Assembly: GCA_964421955.1 (NCBI GenBank)
Contig: CAYQYU010000012.1
Location: forward strand, 1 to 30,225
DNA length: 30,225 nucleotides
Direction of reading: 5' to 3'
Origin: an uncultured archaeon
GTDB taxonomy: Archaea; Nanohalarchaeota; Nanosalinia; Nanosalinales; Nanosalinaceae
The first letter of the stretch is position 1. Each line of letters starts with the position of its first letter. This document shows, piece by piece, positions 24,594 through 30,225 of this stretch. Below the pieces are notes generated by a model. The model was not told the DNA's origin. It saw only the letters and a list, made by a program, of their open reading frames with translations, and ran no database searches. Both the position numbers and the translations under genes were made by a program.

Positions 24594-25355
24594 TCAGTCC
24601 TGAAAAACCCGTTCATAGGCGTTCTCAGAATCGGTCTCGGCACCCTGCTTCTCGAAGAAATCAGAGACCCTCTCTATGTCCCTTTTCAGCAGTTTCCCGG
24701 CCTCTGGATGCGTTTTGTGGACGCCCTGCGAGAAGTCTATCCAGACCAGTTTGTCGCCTTCCACCAGAATGTTGTACTCTGACAGGTCGCCGTGGACCAG
24801 ATCCTCCTCCTTCCAGAGCCTCTCAGTACCGTCAATAACCTGCTCGTAGCCCACTTCCGGGTTCTCTATCTCCACGTCCTTCAGTTTCGGGTAGGGCCGG
24901 AAGTCTTCTCCCACGAACTCCATCACGAGTATATTCTTCTGGTAAGCTCTAGGTTCAGGACAGCTCACGACTTCTGACGCGGCATCAAGGTTCCTGTACT
25001 CTTTCTTACACCACTCGTTGATCACCGAGCGCCGGTCAGGCTTGACGTTCCTGAAACGCCGATCTCCCTGGAGGTATCCTTTCCTGTCCCGGAAGCCACC
25101 TGCCTGGGTCATGTAGATCTTCACCAGCACCCGCTCATTTTCAGGCGTATCTGCGAGGAAGATTACCGACTCCTTGCCGGATTCTATGGTGCCATACATT
25201 TTCTTGAGCACTCCACGGTCCGCGAGCTTCAGGAGGGAACGCTGTGTATCCGCGTCAAAAACGTTTTCCGCGGCTTTCCTCGCTTCCGAGGAGTCGAACA
25301 TCTGGCGTGAGCGGTCCTTCCATCTCTCTTCAAAGTCGCGCGGGTCTTCTCCCAT
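24594..25355 (-). CDS. rio1: RIO1 serine/threonine kinase
   Basis: SGKES, VKIY, KEYRNL, LVMEF, VHGDLSEYNIL, IDFSQ. Confidence 0.96.
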   Translation of the reverse strand: MGEDPRDFEERWKDRSRQMFDSSEARKAAENVFDADTQRSLLKLADRGVLKKMYGTIESGKESVIFLADTPENERVLVKIYMTQAGGFRDRKGYLQGDRRFRNVKPDRRSVINEWCKKEYRNLDAASEVVSCPEPRAYQKNILVMEFVGEDFRPYPKLKDVEIENPEVGYEQVIDGTERLWKEEDLVHGDLSEYNILVEGDKLVWIDFSQGVHKTHPEAGKLLKRDIERVSDFFEKQGAETDSENAYERVFQD

Positions 25356-25385
25356 GCATAGAAATACTGGGTCAAAAAGTTAAAA

Positions 25386-25694
25386 CTAGAGGAACTCTGA
25401 GATCTCGTCGAGGTAGTCGTTGTCTTCTAGCCACTCGTTCTCGGCCTGGGAGTAGCTGTGGACTATATCTCCCTTTTCATCGCCCTGGATGTCCCAGGGT
25501 TCTACAAGGACTACAGAGTCGCGCTTCACCCATATTCCCCGTTTTTTCGAGCCGGGGATGCGGCAGATACGCTTCCTTCCATCAGTGCAGTAGACGCGGT
25601 ACTTTCCGCCACCTTCCTTTCTTAGAACTATTCCAAGAACTTCCTTTCCCTCGGGTTCGCGTACTCTTCCCACTCCTTCTTCATCGTCGGACAT
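25386..25694 (-). CDS. eif1a: Translation initiation factor aIF-1A
   Basis: CTDGRKRICRIPG, WVKRDSVVLVEPW, KGDIVHSY. Confidence 0.96.
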   Translation of the reverse strand: MSDDEEGVGRVREPEGKEVLGIVLRKEGGGKYRVYCTDGRKRICRIPGSKKRGIWVKRDSVVLVEPWDIQGDEKGDIVHSYSQAENEWLEDNDYLDEISEFL

Positions 25695-25750
25695 AAGCTG
25701 AATTTGATGCCTCTACATTTTTAAACTAGGTATGCTCCAGCAGAAGATCT

Positions 25751-26431
25751 TCAGCCAAGCCTTACTGATACGACGTTCCGGTAGACCTCCTGGCCGTCCC
25801 TTTCACCTATGAGCTCGTAGGAACGCTTGACCTCGGGATCGTACCTGTCTCTTAACATCGACAGGATCTTCTTCGCCATCCTCTCAGTTGAAATGTAGAA
25901 GTTGTAACCGTGATCTGTTTCTTCCATATTTGAGAGGAAGTCTTTCCTGTTGTCGTTGGTGATCTCCGCGGCCCTCGTGGCGATATTCTCCGCAATAGCC
26001 TTCAGATCCCCGTCTCCTCTCAGCTGTATCTTCACCTTGTAGAAGCCGCCGTGGAACTGCGAGCACTCGGAACACTGGTCCTGGGAGAAACGGACCTCCG
26101 CATCATAGCTGGCCTCCATCTCGCCCTTCGTTGCGTGGACACGGACAAACATCCTGTCGTCCTCTTCCCAGAACTGGAGCTCCATGTCAACGTCTTCTTC
26201 AGAAAACTCTTCAAACCTAGAGGCGAGCTGGTCATGGAGCGTGAACTCCTCGACCCACTCGCCTTTCTTCCTCATCCTTCCACACACGGAGCATACGGTT
26301 ACCTCGACTACATCAGGTATTTCCAGCAGCGAGTTCTTCTCGGGGTAGCATTCGGAACACAGCTTCTTCTCGTTGCCATAGAGCTCATCGACTTCTCTGC
26401 CGCACCGGGGACAGAATTTTGTTAGTTCCAT
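25751..26431 (-). CDS. nmd3: NMD3 family protein
   Basis: Four CxxC pairs, GGFYKVKIQLRG, C-terminal LIGERDGQEVYRNVVSVR. Confidence 0.92.
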   Translation of the reverse strand: MELTKFCPRCGREVDELYGNEKKLCSECYPEKNSLLEIPDVVEVTVCSVCGRMRKKGEWVEEFTLHDQLASRFEEFSEEDVDMELQFWEEDDRMFVRVHATKGEMEASYDAEVRFSQDQCSECSQFHGGFYKVKIQLRGDGDLKAIAENIATRAAEITNDNRKDFLSNMEETDHGYNFYISTERMAKKILSMLRDRYDPEVKRSYELIGERDGQEVYRNVVSVRLG

Positions 26432-26455
26432 GTGCCTGATTTGCCCTAGAAAGCT

Positions 26456-26794
26456 TTAAATCTCGAATTCCAGCCGGTCTCCCTCTTCGATATCCAGGAA
26501 ATCCGTTGACTCCAGCAGATATTTCGAAGGTTCCGAGGGCCGATAAAGCTTCCAGGTCCTCGGATCCAGGCTCCAGGGCTCTGCCTCCTGGATGTCGACC
26601 ACCCGCTTGTCTTCATCTAGAAACACCAGTTGAAGAGGAACTGAGAGGAACATCATGTCGATCATCGGTCTCGACTCCCGCGGGAAGCGGAAGAGCATCT
26701 TGCCCTCGGAGCGGAAACTCATTCCTTTTGCGCGGGAGAGAAAGCTGTCAGCTAGCACTGCTTCCAGTGTCTCATCTCTGAACTCGATCCTCAT
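26456..26794 (-). CDS. DUF192 family protein
   Basis: ADSFLSRAKGMSFR, MLF.F, LVFLDEDKRVV, YLLE, IEEGD. Confidence 0.88.
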   Translation of the reverse strand: MRIEFRDETLEAVLADSFLSRAKGMSFRSEGKMLFRFPRESRPMIDMMFLSVPLQLVFLDEDKRVVDIQEAEPWSLDPRTWKLYRPSEPSKYLLESTDFLDIEEGDRLEFEI

Positions 26795-26797
26795 TTC

Positions 26798-27145
26798 TCA
26801 ACCACCTTCCAGATATTCCTCTATTTCCTGTGTCTCTGATTTGAGGAAGAAGTTTAGCTCTTCACCGTACCCCATCTGCTCCAGGTCTAGCCCCGAGTAT
26901 ACGAACAGGTCAGCCTCCGACTCTTCTTCAAGATCTCTGTAAAACTCTACAGGCTCTTCTCCGTGGACGTAAAGGCTCCAGACCAGATCGCTCCAGTGCA
27001 TTCCTATATAGTCGTAACCTTCGACTCCGCTGAGGCTCTCGTGATCCTCAACCGTTTCAACCTCGAAACTCTGTTTCAAGGTGTTGTAAACGTAGTTTCT
27101 CCTTATGTCGGTGTCAAGCAGCAGAACGCTGGTCTCCCTATCCAC
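26798..27145 (-). CDS. Hypothetical acidic protein (possibly a receiver-like alpha/beta fold)
   Basis: 115 aa; VLLLDTD, YDYI, VYSG and FFLK loosely resemble a REC fold; GGAGGTG upstream of the GTG. Confidence 0.65.
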   Translation of the reverse strand: MDRETSVLLLDTDIRRNYVYNTLKQSFEVETVEDHESLSGVEGYDYIGMHWSDLVWSLYVHGEEPVEFYRDLEEESEADLFVYSGLDLEQMGYGEELNFFLKSETQEIEEYLEGG

Positions 27146-27308
27146 CTTTCACACCTCCGAACGCCCCATAAACCCCTACTTAATACTAAAGAAATAAAAC
27201 ACGCCCCCTCAGGACAAGACAATAAGAATTGACTCGCCCGCACAGGAGGTAAATCTAACAACTCATATCCCTGAAGGTTTTGTAATAGATATATGCGAGG
27301 AAAGAATT

Positions 27309-27845
27309 TTATGACCTGTCTTCTTTCTTGAAGTCTAACTTTCCCGGCTCTACCAAACTTCTGATATTGGCGATATCCTTCAAGTGATCTTCAATCTCCG
27401 ACACAGAATCAAGATCATGAACATCCTTGAAGCGTTTATGCTCAGAATCTTTCTTTGCGTTTATATGCTGGGATAGGTTATGAAGATTGTTCCAGCCTGT
27501 TCCACCGCATACAGGGCACCTTCCTATCTCAGCATCTCTAATCTCTTCATGAAACTTGTATAATGTCTTAAAGGCGAAGTTGGTCATCTCTTCCTCCAAA
27601 TCTTCAATCTCTTGCTTTACTTTTTCCCTTTCTTCATCCGTCAGGTTTTCTTCTGTCTTCAGGAGTTGTTCTCTCTGGTCAATCTCATCGTGTATGCGAA
27701 CCATCTCTGGCTTAATATACCCGAAGACGAAACCTTTGGCAATCATATCCTTGATTGTAGCGTTCTTGCTGTCCTTTTCGTGATGTTCTTTATACTCTTC
27801 AACCATCTCTTCGAGTTTTTCATCTAACTCAACAGGTGTCGGCAT
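27309..27845 (-). CDS. Putative regulator: RHH-like N-terminus, coiled coil, C2H2-like zinc finger
   Basis: Likely start ATG 27845 (MPTPVELDEKLEEMVEEY); CPVCG...HINAKKDSEH. Confidence 0.75.
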   Translation of the reverse strand: MPTPVELDEKLEEMVEEYKEHHEKDSKNATIKDMIAKGFVFGYIKPEMVRIHDEIDQREQLLKTEENLTDEEREKVKQEIEDLEEEMTNFAFKTLYKFHEEIRDAEIGRCPVCGGTGWNNLHNLSQHINAKKDSEHKRFKDVHDLDSVSEIEDHLKDIANIRSLVEPGKLDFKKEDRS

Positions 27846-27909
27846 GTTCAGAGGTTGATAGGGGAACTTATATACTCCTTTATATAGGGGAGAGTTCGCA
27901 CCCGCCCAC
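27846..27909. promoter_or_regulatory. Back-to-back promoters
   Basis: Two TTATATA boxes (27868 and 27879) between divergent genes, each about 25 nt from an ATG. Confidence 0.7.
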
Positions 27910-28059
27910 ATGGTAGAACCTAAGATCAAAACTTCGGTTGAAATGCACCCGGATATCCGGGAGAAACTTGAAAATCTGAAAGAACAGCGTGGAGAATCGA
28001 TGCGAGATATCATCGAAGAAGCCATCGAACGAGAGTATCAGGTGACCGTTCATGGTTAA
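27910..28059 (+). CDS. RHH (CopG-like) protein, 49 aa, not in the ORF track
   Basis: Manual translation MVEPKIKTSVEMHPDIREKLENLKEQRGESMRDIIEEAIEREYQVTVHG. Confidence 0.82.
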   Translation: MVEPKIKTSVEMHPDIREKLENLKEQRGESMRDIIEEAIEREYQVTVHG

Positions 28060-28162
28060 GGCAGAAGAGGAACTGAGAGAACTGCTGAAGAAGGAAGAAG
28101 TCAGGAACGGGCTGACAGAAAGCGAACTACAACTCGCTGAGAGGTTTGCAGAGGAGCATTAG
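28052..28162 (+). CDS. Small helical hypothetical protein, 36 aa
   Basis: MVKAEEELRELLKKEEVRNGLTESELQLAERFAEEH; GGTGA at 28041; overlaps the previous stop. Confidence 0.65.
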   Translation: MVKAEEELRELLKKEEVRNGLTESELQLAERFAEEH

Positions 28163-28178
28163 ACCTCCTCCGCAGGTG

Positions 28179-28403
28179 ATGAAGTTGTATAAATTATCTA
28201 ATGCAGATTCGCTGTTAAAAAGGTATCAAAACCGAGAGAGTAGCGAGGAACTACAGGTATTACCTGTCAGAGTAGAGAAGTCAGTTGTTCAGGAACTTGA
28301 CGAAGTAGCCGAAAATAGCCCAATGATTGAGAGTAGATCAACTCTTGTCCGAGCTTTCCTGACATTTCTGGTAGAAGAAGGTGTTCAGATATGGACACAA
28401 TAG
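28179..28403 (+). CDS. RHH (CopG-like) protein
   Basis: VLPVRVEKSVVQELDEVAE..SRSTLVRAFL. Start is ATG 28179 or TTG 28185 after GGTGA. Confidence 0.78.
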   Translation: MKLYKLSNADSLLKRYQNRESSEELQVLPVRVEKSVVQELDEVAENSPMIESRSTLVRAFLTFLVEEGVQIWTQ

Positions 28404-29908
28404 CTCAGGATATCTTATTCAGCGAAAAAGAGATTCTGAGTCAGACAGGATACGATCCCTCGATTCCAGAATTAAACAAGATTGAAAAATGGGCAGAAGA
28501 CCACCACCTCCCTCTACCTTCAGCAGTAGTGATCTACATGAAGAACAAGAAGGCAGGAATCAGCGAAAGTGAAATAGAGGATATGTTCGAGAAACATGAC
28601 GGTTACCCCGGTCCCAGCAAGTTCTTCGTGGAAAATCAGCATGGCAACGAAACCTTTTCTGAACACAGGATGGCGAAGTATCTGAAGAAATATTTCCATT
28701 TCTTTACCTTCAGAGATACAGGAGAACTCTACATCTACAAGCAAGGCAGATACATACCTAAGGGTAAGACCTATGTGGAAGAAGCAGTAGAGAAACTTCT
28801 TGGCTACCGCTATAGAGATAGGTTTCCGAAGAGAGTAGTCAAGAAATTGAAGCACAGCACATACACCGATAGAACTGAAGTCAACAACAATCAGGAACTT
28901 CTGAACTGTGCCAACTGTCTTGTGGATATCAGCAACAGGAACACGAAATCGCACACCCCCAGAAACCTGACAACCACGCAGATACCTGTCAAGTATGATC
29001 CACAGGCGACCTGTCCGAAGTTCAAGCAGTTTTTGGACGAAATAGTGGACAAGAAGCAGAAGAAAGAGAAGTTGCAGGAAATGTTCGGTTATGCTCTCGC
29101 CAAACATTACGACTACCAGAAGGCATTTCTACTTCATGGAGAAGGAAGTAACGGCAAGTCAGCACTCCTTAATGTGCTGTCGGCTCTAATAGGAGAGCCA
29201 AATACCTGTGCCATAGAGCTTCAGGAACTTGAGAAACGCTTCCAGAAACCTGAGCTTTCTGACAGGCTTACAAACATCGCTTCGGATATTTCCGATAAGA
29301 CATTAGAGCAGACCAGCTACTTCAAGAAACTGACAGGAGGCGACAAGCTCAAGGCGGAAGAGAAATTCCAGAAACCATTCCACTTCAGGAACTATGCAAC
29401 TCTGATCTTCTCAGCCAACCAGATTCCAAAGGTAGAGAACAAGCAGACTGCCTTCTATCGTAGATGGATAATTATCGAGTTTCCGTACAAGTTCACTACA
29501 AATCCTCATGACAACCACAAGGATGCTGATCCTGACATAGTTGAGAAGATTACAACTGACAAAGAGTTGTCAGGAATCCTAAATTGGGCTATTGAAGGAT
29601 ATCAGCGTCTAAAGAAGCAGGGAAGATTTACAGGACAGAGGTCAACACAGCAGGTCAAAGCAATCTATGAGAGACAGTCTGATCCTGTATCCTACTTCGC
29701 AATTCAGAAGATCAGACCAGCAAACAATTGGATCAAGAAAGATGACCTCTACCAGCAATTCCTTCAGTTCTGCGGAAATCATAGCTTGAAGCACACCAGC
29801 AAACAGGATTTCTGTAGAAGGATCAAGAATCTGACACCAGCTACAGACAGGCGAAAGAGGATTAACGGGAAAAGACAGACAGGTTTCACAGGAATCAAAG
29901 TAGTTTAA
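28391..29908 (+). CDS. SF3 helicase of the P4-alpha/D5 type (phage/plasmid primase C-terminal family)
   Basis: D5_N-like LLNCANCLVD..HTP..TTQIPVKYDPQATCPKF, Walker A GEGSNGKS, KKLTGGD, LIFSAN, AFYRRW, C-terminal wHTH. Confidence 0.93.
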   Translation: MDTIAQDILFSEKEILSQTGYDPSIPELNKIEKWAEDHHLPLPSAVVIYMKNKKAGISESEIEDMFEKHDGYPGPSKFFVENQHGNETFSEHRMAKYLKKYFHFFTFRDTGELYIYKQGRYIPKGKTYVEEAVEKLLGYRYRDRFPKRVVKKLKHSTYTDRTEVNNNQELLNCANCLVDISNRNTKSHTPRNLTTTQIPVKYDPQATCPKFKQFLDEIVDKKQKKEKLQEMFGYALAKHYDYQKAFLLHGEGSNGKSALLNVLSALIGEPNTCAIELQELEKRFQKPELSDRLTNIASDISDKTLEQTSYFKKLTGGDKLKAEEKFQKPFHFRNYATLIFSANQIPKVENKQTAFYRRWIIIEFPYKFTTNPHDNHKDADPDIVEKITTDKELSGILNWAIEGYQRLKKQGRFTGQRSTQQVKAIYERQSDPVSYFAIQKIRPANNWIKKDDLYQQFLQFCGNHSLKHTSKQDFCRRIKNLTPATDRRKRINGKRQTGFTGIKVV

Positions 29909-29988
29909 CTGTCCGACCTGTCCAACCCTTTCTCTATTTTTCTTCTCTCCATAATTGTTCCAATCTCTATGAGAAATAAGCAACAGGT

Positions 29989-30225
29989 ATGGAAGGAGTG
30001 GACAGAACGACTCGGATCAAAGAGTCATTTAGACACGACATAGAAGGTCCTGAAACCTGCCTATACACCGATTTCACACCGAATACTGCCAGAGAACACT
30101 CTACCTCACCGCCTTCACCTGCGAAAACAGAGGTCAAACACATCCCATTATATCTGCGGAAAATCGCTGGAAAACACGAAAAATCGGTGGAGAGAGTCTT
30201 TTACGACAACTTCGGAAACCCTTGA
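29989..30225 (+). CDS. Hypothetical protein of the element
   Basis: 78-aa ORF with AGGT directly before the ATG; no recognisable motif. Confidence 0.45.
   Translation: MEGVDRTTRIKESFRHDIEGPETCLYTDFTPNTAREHSTSPPSPAKTEVKHIPLYLRKIAGKHEKSVERVFYDNFGNP

Larger units (their letters stand above)
27200..30225. mobile_element. Left part of a putative integrated plasmid/provirus; boundary approximate
   Basis: Visible drop in GC, Lys-rich helicase, cluster of RHH genes, SF3/D5-like helicase. No integrase or att site in the window. Confidence 0.75.

Noticed and set aside
27146-27308. att site or tRNA fragment at the element boundary
   Set aside because: No T-arm motif or match to the three tRNAs is visible, and the partner repeat would lie outside the window.
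27846-28025. Long N-terminus of ORF 27309-28025
   Set aside because: It overlaps the divergent promoter and the + strand RHH gene; the start at 27845 is more plausible.
1054-29983. Numerous antisense and alternate-frame ORFs in the track
   Set aside because: They are Ser/Phe/Leu- or Arg-rich shadows of well-supported acidic genes and carry no motifs.

Overview
Archaeal chromosome segment. The acidic proteome, compact gene set and 23S rRNA with no recognisable 5S behind it suggest a DPANN/Nanohaloarchaeota genome (inference). In order it holds: the 3' end of 23S rRNA; a secreted-protein/DUF5667/membrane-HTH cluster; a GT2 and a sulfatase-like gene; an expanded RNase P RNA; sec61beta; tRNA-Arg, an agmatinase-like gene and argS; a type IV pilus operon (ATPase, KaiC-like ATPase, two TadC-like proteins, two pilins); tRNA-Phe; deoxyhypusine synthase, a Nudix-like gene, an aldo/keto reductase and a histone; tRNA-Asn; the nmd3-aIF1A-rio1-KH-top6B-top6A cluster; and, from about 27.2 kb, the left part of a lower-GC integrated plasmid/virus-like element (RHH regulators, SF3/D5-like helicase). 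The most unusual signal is a family of short modular palindromes (mostly 5-9 bp stems with 3-5 nt loops, chained by short linkers). They occur in all three tRNA introns, a tRNA leader, RNase P RNA, the rRNA trailer and two operon junctions. At both junctions they are flanked by a duplicated translation signal and form mini-ORFs that would preserve translational coupling.
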